Below are positions 18,433-27,575 of a DNA stretch of 48,051 bases, piece after piece. The stretch is from the IMG/VR virus record IMGVR_UViG_3300042808_000025, positions 1 to 48,051 of that record; one strand, 5' to 3'. A model generated the notes under the pieces. The model was not told where the DNA came from, searched no databases, and worked only from the letters and a program-made list of their open reading frames with translations. The stretch's first letter is position 1. Every line of letters begins with the position of its first letter. A program made the translations under genes and the position numbers. The DNA is from a virus. Its lineage: Duplodnaviria > Caudoviricetes.

Positions 18433-19593
18433 CTAAATTTCTCCCATATTAGTTTCTACATTGAATGAAATGTCTATCTTATCTATAACTTTTACTAGGG
18501 TATACCTAGTAGTCCGCACACCGTAATAGCCATCTGTTTCTTTGATTAATCTATACCCAGATTCATTCATCTCGTTAAGAGTTGTCGTCATATCGTCCTC
18601 ATGCACACTAATCCCATTTTCTATAAGAAGTTGCCGAATTCTTTTATCGGTTTCGTTAGCCATTTTTTCGCCCATACGAGAGGCTATGCTGTTTATGGCG
18701 CTTACACCTTCATGTGTATAAAGTTCACCTATACCAGTATCAATTCCAATGTGGACTTGATCATGATCATGGTCGGGTATCACAATTGGATCGGCCACCA
18801 TACCATTAGCTGACATTTCTAAACCTGTTTCGGCACCGTCCATAATAGTTTGATGGGAGTCATCTGTGGCATCCTTAAGCGTTCTCAAGCCATCATCTTC
18901 TTGCTCTTTTAGTTTTTCGTTAATACGCGCTTGAGCAGCAGCCTTTTCGTCCTCTAGTTTCTTACGGTCAGCATCTAATCGTTCTTGCTCAATACGTTGT
19001 GCTTCAGCTACCCGAGCCTGTTCGTCACGATCGGTAATAAATTGATCAAGTTCGTCTAACCACTCACGCACTACTGCAACTTGGTTTTTAATAGCTACTT
19101 TAGCCCTATCTTTAGGGTCTAATAAACCAAGTTCCATCTTGATAGCCGCCCTAGCACGTGCCACATCTTCTTTAGTAGTTACCTTACGGTCAAGCTCCGG
19201 TATGGTGAATTTACTGACAATATCTTTAACGCGATTCTCTTCAATTTCTTTTAACCGTTTCTGTTCTTTTTCGTAATCATCAATTTTTTCTTTGACAATT
19301 GCTTCACCAGCAATCGATGCCTCGAGAACTTCATCTTGTTTTTTAATAAACTGGTCTTTCATGTTATCAAGTTTACGCGTGAATGTGAGACGCATATCTT
19401 TAACTGATGTACGGTGGCTCACTAAAGCCTTCTTGATCTTCTTAGCTTCTTTGAGAGTGTCTTTATCGTTTATCTTAACAGAATCAGCCTCAGCCTTAAG
19501 CTCAATACTACGCTTCTCAAGCGGTGATAGCTGTACTAACTCACCCTCGATAAATTTGTTTAATTTAATATCGTTTTCCATTATAATCTCCAC
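18433..19593 (-). CDS. Coiled-coil protein (DUF1351/gp157-like N-terminus) with extra C-terminal domain
   Basis: Long heptad-rich N-terminal half; function not resolved. Confidence 0.55.
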   Translation of the reverse strand: MEIIMENDIKLNKFIEGELVQLSPLEKRSIELKAEADSVKINDKDTLKEAKKIKKALVSHRTSVKDMRLTFTRKLDNMKDQFIKKQDEVLEASIAGEAIVKEKIDDYEKEQKRLKEIEENRVKDIVSKFTIPELDRKVTTKEDVARARAAIKMELGLLDPKDRAKVAIKNQVAVVREWLDELDQFITDRDEQARVAEAQRIEQERLDADRKKLEDEKAAAQARINEKLKEQEDDGLRTLKDATDDSHQTIMDGAETGLEMSANGMVADPIVIPDHDHDQVHIGIDTGIGELYTHEGVSAINSIASRMGEKMANETDKRIRQLLIENGISVHEDDMTTTLNEMNESGYRLIKETDGYYGVRTTRYTLVKVIDKIDISFNVETNMGEI

Positions 19594-19859
19594 TCCATAT
19601 CTTTAGCATTTTTCATTAGTGATACTGGTTCCCAAAATTTCATTAAGTCTTTGTTCATAGCCTCCATTTCTTTAGTAGACGCAACTTCACCCCATCCTGA
19701 TGGGTGTTTGTCAAAAAATGATTCCATACAACTTATTATGTGTTTTGACCCATACCTATATATAAAGGCTACTCTACGCCAAAATAAAGATCCGGCTGAT
19801 TGTCTACGATAACCTATTTTGTAGTTTTCAATAGTTTCTTGTTTATTGAATCCGTCCAT
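19581..19859 (-). CDS. Hypothetical protein
   Basis: Coupled ORF. Confidence 0.6.
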   Translation of the reverse strand: MDGFNKQETIENYKIGYRRQSAGSLFWRRVAFIYRYGSKHIISCMESFFDKHPSGWGEVASTKEMEAMNKDLMKFWEPVSLMKNAKDMEWRL

Positions 19860-20311
19860 TATCTTTTCTCCTCAACTATATCTTTTATTACTTCTACGCC
19901 ACCAAACTTATAGAATAAATCATTGTCTTTTTTTAGTATAACATTACTCATCGGGTAGGTAGCATACCTAGTGAATTTTACGGTGCGCTTACTTTTTATA
20001 GTTTTAGTCTTAACCGGGAATTTTCTAACAAACCACTTAGGCATAACGTCTTGCTTAAAATGTTGCCACCATGAAGTATATTCTTTATGATAAAAATAAC
20101 AGCTATATTTATCATCGGCTAATTTTGAGGCTGTCACATAAGTTTGCAACTTATTAACAAAGGCACCAATAATACAATCAAAACTACTTGAAAGTTGCAT
20201 TTCATCTAGCATACTACGCCCAAGCGCTATAGATACGGAAATTTTTAGCTTCTCCATAAGTATAACTTCTGCTATATCTTTATCTGTTAATCCACTACTT
20301 ACCACAATCAC
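19859..20311 (-). CDS. Hypothetical phage protein
   Basis: AAGGAG RBS; WWQHFK motif. Confidence 0.65.
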   Translation of the reverse strand: MIVVSSGLTDKDIAEVILMEKLKISVSIALGRSMLDEMQLSSSFDCIIGAFVNKLQTYVTASKLADDKYSCYFYHKEYTSWWQHFKQDVMPKWFVRKFPVKTKTIKSKRTVKFTRYATYPMSNVILKKDNDLFYKFGGVEVIKDIVEEKR

Positions 20312-21552
20312 TCCTTATCATTAACCGCATATGTGAATAGCGGTACATTAGTCATTCTACCTGCTTCTGACACTACCTCGTCCATCCAAGTTTTCTTACC
20401 TGTTTTTGGGTCAACCTCCTTTTGCACTTTTATTGTCTCAACACGTCCAAGCTTTCTTGTTACTTGGACAACATCAAATACTCGCAACTTCTTTTCTGGT
20501 CTACTAGGATCAAGCCTAACGCCACGGCCTACCATCTGATAATACAATGACAAACTAATAGTCGGTCTTGCTAGCACAACAGAATCTAATTCTGGAACAT
20601 CAAACCCAGTCGTAAATACTCCAACGTTCAACATGTGTTTAAATTTGCCGTCACGATAGTCCTGCACGAGCCTGTCGCGTTCTTTGTCTGAAGTTGAACC
20701 AGTAACCATTTCGGCGCTAATACCCATCTCACAGAGCATCTCACGCGCTCGTTTAGCTTGGAGTATAGATGAACAGAATATCAAATTACGTTGACACTTA
20801 GAATCTATCATCTGTATAACGCTAGCTAACTTCTCTAATCGTTCATCGCTCTTCCAAAATTTTTCGATACTTTCTTCTGTGTATTCCGACCCAGTTTTAT
20901 TAATTTCTAAATCACCCATATACCCAAGATTAACGTGTCGGTACAATATAGGACATAAAAATCCTTTATCGATTAACTCCTGAGTCTCAAGTTTATATGC
21001 AATACTCTTGAAAAAGAAGGGGTGAATGCGATTTATCATAGCTAACTGAGCTGTGTAATATTTCTGTCCATCATCATAATAGAATCGTTGTTTCGCCCTA
21101 TATGGAGTAGCAGTTAGCCCACAAACTCTATTACAATCGATAGCTTTAAAAAACTTAGTGTACATACCATCTTCATTACCAGGATTCAGCAAATGGCACT
21201 CATCCATGATCACATATTTTATATCCATGAATAACTCTGGTTTTTTCACAATACTGCCGATAGTGGCATAAGTAACTTTACCAATTATTTTCGATCCGGC
21301 ACTCGCGGAATAAATACCAACCTCAAAATCTGGCTCATAACTTATCATCTTAGAATGATTTTGCACGACTAATTCTTTAGATGGTTGTAAAACAAGCACT
21401 TTCCCATCTAATTTGCTGGCCATATCAGCAATGATTAATGATTTCCCGGCCCCGGTAGCTAATTGCAACACAAAAGGCTGAGGATTATTCTTAGTTAGGT
21501 TTTTAATACCTATATTAGAAGCCTCTGTTTGGTAATATCTTAATTTATACAT
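20308..21552 (-). CDS. Superfamily 2 DEXH helicase (RadD/UvsW-like)
   Basis: LRYYQ, ATGAGKS, DECH, GLTATP, TTGFDVP and QMVGRGVR motifs. Confidence 0.92.
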   Translation of the reverse strand: MYKLRYYQTEASNIGIKNLTKNNPQPFVLQLATGAGKSLIIADMASKLDGKVLVLQPSKELVVQNHSKMISYEPDFEVGIYSASAGSKIIGKVTYATIGSIVKKPELFMDIKYVIMDECHLLNPGNEDGMYTKFFKAIDCNRVCGLTATPYRAKQRFYYDDGQKYYTAQLAMINRIHPFFFKSIAYKLETQELIDKGFLCPILYRHVNLGYMGDLEINKTGSEYTEESIEKFWKSDERLEKLASVIQMIDSKCQRNLIFCSSILQAKRAREMLCEMGISAEMVTGSTSDKERDRLVQDYRDGKFKHMLNVGVFTTGFDVPELDSVVLARPTISLSLYYQMVGRGVRLDPSRPEKKLRVFDVVQVTRKLGRVETIKVQKEVDPKTGKKTWMDEVVSEAGRMTNVPLFTYAVNDKE

Positions 21553-21776
21553 TTAAATCCCATTTCATTTTTGATCGGTTTAACGTATACTCCTTCACTT
21601 ATTTCTTTTAAATAAACTTCAGGTACACAATCATTTATTATATTCCCACTACTATCTGTTCTACGTATTGAGCATTCAACATGACCATCCAAGTGTTCGC
21701 ACCTAGATATCAGTATTCCAGTTACCCCAGTAGCGATATCTTCAACCTCATTCCCTAATTTAACCATCTCAAACAC
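21540..21776 (-). CDS. Hypothetical phage protein
   Basis: LGNEVEDIATGVTG...RCEHLDG motif. Confidence 0.65.
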   Translation of the reverse strand: MFEMVKLGNEVEDIATGVTGILISRCEHLDGHVECSIRRTDSSGNIINDCVPEVYLKEISEGVYVKPIKNEMGFKCIN

Positions 21777-22811
21777 CTATACACTAGCAAATATCATCTC
21801 AAAAACTGCTTGGATAACATTAGTGGTTACAGCATTACCGCACATTTTATAGCGTTGTGAATCGCTCATCTCAACGAACAGCCTGCCACTTCTGTCTTCC
21901 GCCCAATCGCCAACCCCTAGTTTTGTCCAATTATCAGGGAAACCTTGTAGCCGCTCACACTCTAGAGGTGTTAACCGACGTATTCGCGTATTTTCCAATA
22001 CTTTCGTCATCACACCACCGCCAGTTCCAGTTGGGATAGTTGGGCTAATGCCGCCTGTTGAGTGGACACGTCTAATCTGCTCAAATCGTTTCTCCCAGCC
22101 ATCAGTTTCAAGTGTTCCGGCTACTTCAACTTCATTAACAGTTTGTTCGCCACTTCCTGTGATAGGAAATACTTCTGGTCGGGATGTTCCTCTAAGATGT
22201 CCGACAATGATAATACGTTCTCGGTTCTGGGGAACTCCGTGATTCTTACTGTTAAGCACTTGCCATTGGCAATCGTACCCCAACTCATCAATCGTTTGGA
22301 CGATGGTCTTAAAAGATTTTCCACCATCGTGGCTGAGAAGTCCTTTAACGTTTTCAAAGACGAATAGTCTAGGTTGTTTTGCTCGCAGTATTCTCGCAAG
22401 GTCAAAGAACAGTGTCCCTCTTGTATCGTCAAACCCTCCCCGCTTACCAGCGATGCTAAAAGCCTGACAGGGGAATCCTCCGACAAGACAGTCGAAGTCT
22501 GGGAGTTCGTCTGCGTTAATTTTTGTGATATCGCCGTAGTTTTCATGATTAAAGTGCCTTTCGTAAACTTTGATTGCGTATTTGTCGATTTCGGAGTAAC
22601 CAACACATAGTGGTCTTTCGTTAATGAAGTCTGTAGGGCGTTTACCAATCCGTCCGTCCTCGGAACTAGTATTTTCCCCCTCCTCGGTGAAAAATCCCTG
22701 TCCTTCGTCTCCCGACGGATTCGCTTGCTCTCCTCTGACCTTACTTCGGTAAGCATTTTGTATTCCAATTTCGAATCCTCCTATTCCACTAAATGTACTA
22801 AAAAATTTCAT
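21777..22811 (-). CDS. DNA (cytosine-5)-methyltransferase, alpha chain
   Basis: Motif I FSGIGG, IV GFPCQ, VI ENVKG, VIII PQNRER, then RRLTPLECERLQGFP and GNAVT; insert of about 45 aa between motifs I and II. Confidence 0.95.
   Translation of the reverse strand: MKFFSTFSGIGGFEIGIQNAYRSKVRGEQANPSGDEGQGFFTEEGENTSSEDGRIGKRPTDFINERPLCVGYSEIDKYAIKVYERHFNHENYGDITKINADELPDFDCLVGGFPCQAFSIAGKRGGFDDTRGTLFFDLARILRAKQPRLFVFENVKGLLSHDGGKSFKTIVQTIDELGYDCQWQVLNSKNHGVPQNRERIIIVGHLRGTSRPEVFPITGSGEQTVNEVEVAGTLETDGWEKRFEQIRRVHSTGGISPTIPTGTGGGVMTKVLENTRIRRLTPLECERLQGFPDNWTKLGVGDWAEDRSGRLFVEMSDSQRYKMCGNAVTTNVIQAVFEMIFASV
22121..22768 (-). CDS. Nested alternative-frame methyltransferase beta-like polypeptide (215 aa)
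   Basis: Open for 215 codons inside the MTase gene; AGGAGG 8 nt before the TTG start; ends with SLSDILEEHPDQKYFLS; N-terminal TRD-like segment. Confidence 0.7.
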   Translation of the reverse strand: MEYKMLTEVRSEESKRIRRETKDRDFSPRRGKILVPRTDGLVNALQTSLTKDHYVLVTPKSTNTQSKFTKGTLIMKTTAISQKLTQTNSQTSTVLSEDSPVRLLASLVSGEGLTIQEGHCSLTLREYCEQNNLDYSSLKTLKDFSATMVENLLRPSSKRLMSWGTIANGKCLTVRITEFPRTENVLSLSDILEEHPDQKYFLSQEVANKLLMKLK

Positions 22812-23209
22812 TTACCGTGTTCTCCAGTATTTATCTTAACTTTTTTAACAGAAAGTTTAGGTAACTTAGCGTATCCATTATAATAGTTGCCATAATCTTT
22901 CTTCATATCTTCGCTAATAAGCGCCACCTTAACATACCCTCGGCGTTTCATCCTACCGATCCATAACTGTCCACAAACTAAATCGCATAAGAACAGCTCA
23001 CCTGGCATTAATATATGATCACGGTCTGATTTCTCATTCCTGCCACAGAAATAATCCCATGACACCATTTGGTTATTACCATCCCATAAATAATTTGGGT
23101 TCTTTATCAAATATTTCTTTAGAGCCTCGATATAATTATTACCTGGTTCTTCTGGTGTTTCGATCATAGTATACGAAAATGGCATTATATTATTTCTCCT
23201 TCCATCCAC
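22808..23209 (-). CDS. Hypothetical protein
   Basis: ORF within the operon; true start may be ATG 23185. Confidence 0.6.
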   Translation of the reverse strand: MDGRRNNIMPFSYTMIETPEEPGNNYIEALKKYLIKNPNYLWDGNNQMVSWDYFCGRNEKSDRDHILMPGELFLCDLVCGQLWIGRMKRRGYVKVALISEDMKKDYGNYYNGYAKLPKLSVKKVKINTGEHGK

Positions 23210-23421
23210 TTCTTAAGGTTTGTCAGCGCTGTTTTTCTAAAACCGTTGCGAGTATAGACCCTATTCCTATCGCTCCAGTCTTTGCACAACAGCACATTCT
23301 CATAATCACCAATTACAGTTTTTAGTATGTCAGATAGCACATCGTCTAAACCACCTTTGTAACGATCGATAGCATTCGCTAGAGACTCTGATTTTACGGT
23401 TACCGTTATTTGTTTATCCAC
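23185..23421 (-). CDS. Hypothetical protein
   Basis: Coupled ORF. Confidence 0.55.
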   Translation of the reverse strand: MDKQITVTVKSESLANAIDRYKGGLDDVLSDILKTVIGDYENVLLCKDWSDRNRVYTRNGFRKTALTNLKKWMEGEII

Positions 23422-23984
23422 TCTTTTATCTGCCTTTCCCTCATTGCTAACGCCTTTGATAATAATACTGGATGATAATTGCTTTCCTCCATAGATATAT
23501 TCACATGGTTCACGGTAAGATCATTCAAAACATAATGGTTACGCTCTTCCTCTCCTTCTACTGCCCATTCACGACTCAACAAACGATTCAAATGATTGTG
23601 AAAGTGTCCGTGGATATTTATATCGTTTCTGGCTAATATGGTCGGCTGGTGACTAAACACTATTTTTTTGCCTGAATAATACATAACAAAATTTTCACAA
23701 ACAAAATCCCAACCATGGTCCATATACCAACTATCGGATTTTTTATCATGGTTCCCACGTACTAATATACGTTTTACTCCAGGCGTAGATTCCACTAACT
23801 TTCTATGCCAATATGCGTCACTACCTATACAAATATCGCCTAAATGGATCATTATATCACCAGGCTTATACTCTTTTATAAGGTTGCTTAATATTATTTC
23901 TGAAAAAGCTACCGGTCTTCTACAATATTGGATCATATTGCTATGGCCAAAGTGTGTGTCAGTAATTATTCTTATTTTTCTCAT
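23406..23984 (-). CDS. Calcineurin-like metallophosphoesterase
   Basis: DTHFGH, HLGD, RGNHD, FSHQP and NIHGHFH motifs. Confidence 0.9.
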   Translation of the reverse strand: MRKIRIITDTHFGHSNMIQYCRRPVAFSEIILSNLIKEYKPGDIMIHLGDICIGSDAYWHRKLVESTPGVKRILVRGNHDKKSDSWYMDHGWDFVCENFVMYYSGKKIVFSHQPTILARNDINIHGHFHNHLNRLLSREWAVEGEEERNHYVLNDLTVNHVNISMEESNYHPVLLSKALAMRERQIKEWINK

Positions 23985-23985
23985 A

Positions 23986-24189
23986 TTACTTATCAACCCT
24001 AAATTCTTTATAGCATCTAGCCGGCAACTCACTTACTTCCCAGTTTTCCATTTCTTTACAAGTGCCGTTATATTTTATTTTTGTGATTTCAACGCAACCC
24101 ACTACAAGCGCTCCGATTACCAAAAAGATAGCTATAAAAATTATTATAGATGCTACACTAATCAATTTTCCAAATATGTTATCGTTCAT
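23986..24189 (-). CDS. Small membrane protein
   Basis: TM helix; C-terminal ELPARC. Confidence 0.6.
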   Translation of the reverse strand: MNDNIFGKLISVASIIIFIAIFLVIGALVVGCVEITKIKYNGTCKEMENWEVSELPARCYKEFRVDK

Positions 24190-24524
24190 TTTTTATTTCC
24201 TTTCGTTATCGATTTATCATCATCTGACTTATAAAAATCATGACTATCGACACCTAAATGCTTTTTAATAAACTCTCTGAAATCATTGCCTAAAGCGCTA
24301 GCTTGCACACAACGTTCATCAAATGAAGTATTTTCAGCCTCCTGCTTGTTCCAAAGCTTATCTGTGCAAACCGACATCATTATTTTACAAGCCGATCGCA
24401 ACGCTGTGTCACCGTACTCGTATGGCTCCGTCTTATCGCGGGAATCAATTTCCCACATAGCTTGAGCTATCTCATCTAAAATTGGTGTGATATTTTTACC
24501 GTAGTATTTACTCATCACTGCCAC
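24186..24524 (-). CDS. Hypothetical phage protein
   Basis: Coupled ORF. Confidence 0.65.
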   Translation of the reverse strand: MAVMSKYYGKNITPILDEIAQAMWEIDSRDKTEPYEYGDTALRSACKIMMSVCTDKLWNKQEAENTSFDERCVQASALGNDFREFIKKHLGVDSHDFYKSDDDKSITKGNKK

Positions 24525-24912
24525 CTTTCGTTATCATGCCTTCGTCGGCTAGTTTTATGGTTAGTTTTAGGAGTGCTTTTAATGTGGTATCAGCATTTTG
24601 TACATTTAATCGTGGACCATTATAAATATCATCAGCATCTATTGAGTAGCTACCATCTTCTTCAAATATTAATGATATGTGTTTGCGTTTCCCTTTAAAT
24701 AAAACAAAATATAATTTTTCTAAAAGATAATCAGATGTATATAGTGGACAAACATAGTCTGTTTCTACTATGCCATAGTATTCAGGGTGGTTCTTATGTA
24801 TCGTGCTAACCGTTTTTCCATTTTGTATCCAAGACACAAATTCGCCTTTCCACCCAAGCTTCTCGTAAACACTTTTGCATAATTCGAATAATTCTAAATC
24901 TTCAATCATCAT
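24508..24912 (-). CDS. Hypothetical phage protein
   Basis: ELCK..YE..GW, PLYTSDYLLEKL and ADT..KALLKL motifs. Confidence 0.65.
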   Translation of the reverse strand: MMIEDLELFELCKSVYEKLGWKGEFVSWIQNGKTVSTIHKNHPEYYGIVETDYVCPLYTSDYLLEKLYFVLFKGKRKHISLIFEEDGSYSIDADDIYNGPRLNVQNADTTLKALLKLTIKLADEGMITKGGSDE

Positions 24913-24915
24913 AAT

Positions 24916-25140
24916 TTATCCAGCGTTAAAGCTTCCCAAAATTATAGTTGGCTCTTTAATATCATCTAATTTTATTTCAGATATTTTATAACCACCAGAG
25001 AAATCAACTTCTCTCCATTCGCTATCAGGATATTTATTCTTTATTAAATCTATAACTTCAACATGGTTGTTAGCAATAACTACAAAGCTATCGTATTGAT
25101 CCCAGTCTACTTTATGAAACTCTATTTTAAATATTTTCAT
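24916..25140 (-). CDS. Hypothetical phage protein
   Basis: WDQYDSFVVIA...ILGSFNAG motif, common in phage small ORFs. Confidence 0.7.
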   Translation of the reverse strand: MKIFKIEFHKVDWDQYDSFVVIANNHVEVIDLIKNKYPDSEWREVDFSGGYKISEIKLDDIKEPTIILGSFNAG

Positions 25141-25445
25141 TAGTTTTCTTCTTTCTTATTTAATAGCTCTGCTAGATGTTTACGCTGCTCTTTTCTGAGC
25201 TGGTTGCGCTCCATAGCCATATAATCGTCAACATATTCTGGTACGTCTGGGTTATTCCACATAGCCACTTCTTCGTTCTGGTCTATCTCGTCTTTACCTA
25301 TAACTTCATTAACAGTCTTTGATATTAGAGTGATTATATAACCATATAAACCACCCTCATTACCAAATTGCTTCTCCCACGCTTTGTCATCTAGTTTAGC
25401 CAAGACTTGGATATCTATACATTTATCCTGTAGTTCTTTATCCAT
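25140..25445 (-). CDS. Hypothetical phage protein
   Basis: VIGKDE...RNQLRKEQR; likely start MDKEL with AAGGAG RBS. Confidence 0.65.
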   Translation of the reverse strand: MDKELQDKCIDIQVLAKLDDKAWEKQFGNEGGLYGYIITLISKTVNEVIGKDEIDQNEEVAMWNNPDVPEYVDDYMAMERNQLRKEQRKHLAELLNKKEEN

Positions 25446-25518
25446 TACAACTCCTTCCAAGCCTTTTTTACTTCTTCGTATGTCTTACACATTAGCAAAT
25501 TAAATTCTATTGATGTCA

Positions 25519-25878
25519 TTATTCCCCTCCTCCATCAACAGTACCGAGATTATTTTCGGTAGGCTGGTTGGTAGGTTGAGTTAGTTGCTTTTTGAGGTCA
25601 GCGATAGACTTTTCTGTGTATTTCATTATTTTGTATAGGCGCTTAACATAGTTATCGCCATACTCTAAACTAAGCTTATTACTATAACCTATTATTTTTT
25701 TATGCTCATCAATCCTAGCTTGTAGCCGTTCTTTGGCAATTAACTGCTCAATAGCATGCTCTAATTTATTTACACCGCTTAAGTCTATCTCCCATAAATC
25801 AGGGTCACAATTTTCATTGTCTAGCCCGATTACTTTTAAATCATTTAGCAACATTGCTTTTATTGTATTATTACTCAT
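25519..25878 (-). CDS. Hypothetical phage protein
   Basis: ARIDE motif; coupled. Confidence 0.6.
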   Translation of the reverse strand: MSNNTIKAMLLNDLKVIGLDNENCDPDLWEIDLSGVNKLEHAIEQLIAKERLQARIDEHKKIIGYSNKLSLEYGDNYVKRLYKIMKYTEKSIADLKKQLTQPTNQPTENNLGTVDGGGE

Positions 25879-26044
25879 CTAAATCTTTTCCTTTCCAAGT
25901 TAGATTAAACCCTTTTACTAAAAAATTGAATAACGTGAAGGAGAATAAGAATGCACCACTACCATAATTTTCATAAGCAACATTAAGGCCAACTATTATA
26001 GATATTACAAATACTGCTAGTGATGTCTTAGTTTTGTTACTCAT
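25871..26044 (-). CDS. Small membrane protein
   Basis: Likely start MSNKTK; two hydrophobic segments. Confidence 0.5.
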   Translation of the reverse strand: MSNKTKTSLAVFVISIIVGLNVAYENYGSGAFLFSFTLFNFLVKGFNLTWKGKDLDE

Positions 26045-26513
26045 TACCATCATCCAGTAACACAGCTTTTCGAGCTTCGTCCATAGCACTACGCAATATG
26101 ACAATTTTATCATTGAATTTCGCAGCAGAGTAAATCATAAGAGCTTCTTTATCATGCAACCATTCAAGCTCTAGCTTACGGGCTTTAGCTACTAGCTCGG
26201 CTGTGGCTTTGGTACGGTAATAATTATTTGAATTATATATAACATCACAATCACCATTACGCCGATCTTTTCCTTTTTGAACGTCGCCATTCTCATCAAT
26301 GTACCAAAAATCACCTCCTGGTTTTGCTCGCCAATGTTTAGGCTCTGGGGTGTATAGTTCGATGAAACCTTGTTCAATAGCATATTTAATATCATTCTTA
26401 AAAATCGGCTTATTACCAATACTGTCCGATAGAAAAGAAAGGCTAGGCTGGTCGCTTAATATCGTTCCTACTGGGGCGTTAATCATTTCTTTTAGAACTT
26501 TATATTGTTTCAT
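26037..26513 (-). CDS. Hypothetical phage protein
   Basis: WRAKPG..FWYI...NYYRTK motif. Confidence 0.65.
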   Translation of the reverse strand: MKQYKVLKEMINAPVGTILSDQPSLSFLSDSIGNKPIFKNDIKYAIEQGFIELYTPEPKHWRAKPGGDFWYIDENGDVQKGKDRRNGDCDVIYNSNNYYRTKATAELVAKARKLELEWLHDKEALMIYSAAKFNDKIVILRSAMDEARKAVLLDDGNE

Positions 26514-26619
26514 TGTTTAACCTCATCATTGATTATGCTTACGCCTATAAAAACATTTCCAATCCATAGTCCGTAAACTTTCCACCAATCACCAAGTTTT
26601 TGTCCAGTAAATATTTTCA

Positions 26620-27066
26620 TTATTCAACCTCTTCTAACTCATATAAAATCTTACTTAATTCTTCAGTGACTTTATATTTTTTACCGTTGATTGTGACTGT
26701 TTCTGGTGGGGTGAGTGAATAATAATTTTTAATGCAATTGATATCTAGAGATCCAGTTTTATTATTTTGGATTACCTCATAATTAAGATAGTTTATAACT
26801 TCGACTCTATATCCAAGTTTTTTATTCCAAAGTTTAGTGCCAATCGGCAATTTATCAAAATCTGGTTGTGGGCCTCCAATAAACTCAACACTTGACATAG
26901 AGCATAAATAAAGTTGGGTTCCGTCAGTGCGGTCTTTGTTTTTGGTAAAATATGCGACATCAGCCCCATCGTCTTCCACCAAATATATATTCTCGCCTTC
27001 ATTGAATATACCGAAAGATTCAATTACTTTGTACACTCCACCTAAAACTTTTTTTGCTGGTTTCAT
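26620..27066 (-). CDS. Hypothetical protein
   Basis: AGGAG RBS; coupled. Confidence 0.65.
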   Translation of the reverse strand: MKPAKKVLGGVYKVIESFGIFNEGENIYLVEDDGADVAYFTKNKDRTDGTQLYLCSMSSVEFIGGPQPDFDKLPIGTKLWNKKLGYRVEVINYLNYEVIQNNKTGSLDINCIKNYYSLTPPETVTINGKKYKVTEELSKILYELEEVE

Positions 27067-27308
27067 TTTATAAACTCCTGATTAACTATTTTATATTCCC
27101 ATGTCGAACGATCTAGTTTTAATCGTCTTAGTAATTTTCTAAACTTGCCTACCTTTTTCCAGGTTGTCACACACCCGTAATCCCCCTGTGGCGTAGCCGG
27201 ATCAATACCAAAGTAATAATTCCCGAACCCAAACGGTTTAAGGTTAATTAACTTTTTAGTAGTATGCCCAACTTTATAATCTTCAGTCGTCATCACACTC
27301 TCTCCCAA
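27063..27308 (-). CDS. Hypothetical protein
   Basis: ORF within the operon. Confidence 0.55.
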   Translation of the reverse strand: MGESVMTTEDYKVGHTTKKLINLKPFGFGNYYFGIDPATPQGDYGCVTTWKKVGKFRKLLRRLKLDRSTWEYKIVNQEFIK

Positions 27309-27493
27309 TTTTGAAAGAACGAGAACCAGCTATCATATGGGCAGACTTGCCACCTTTCCATAGCTGTTGGGGACGAAGTGGTTATTAATATATTACTGCT
27401 ACCAGCCATTATTTTTAACAGGTATATCTCACCATTGCAAAAACCCATACTGCCATCTTCGCCGGTGAATTTGAATAAGTCAGTTATTATCAT
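27293..27493 (-). CDS. Hypothetical phage protein
   Basis: FTGEDGSMG...CPYDS...FFQNW motif. Confidence 0.65.
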   Translation of the reverse strand: MIITDLFKFTGEDGSMGFCNGEIYLLKIMAGSSNILITTSSPTAMERWQVCPYDSWFSFFQNWERV

Positions 27494-27575
27494 ACAATCT
27501 TTTCTCCTTCTACTGAATTAATAGCGTTATTAAAATTTTCATCATCCTGCTGATCCGTATCACATAGATTGTTAC

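Noticed and set aside
26192-27023. Same-strand alternative-frame ORFs 26192-26419 and 26793-27023
   Set aside because: Short, with no convincing RBS or recognisable motif, unlike the MTase beta frame
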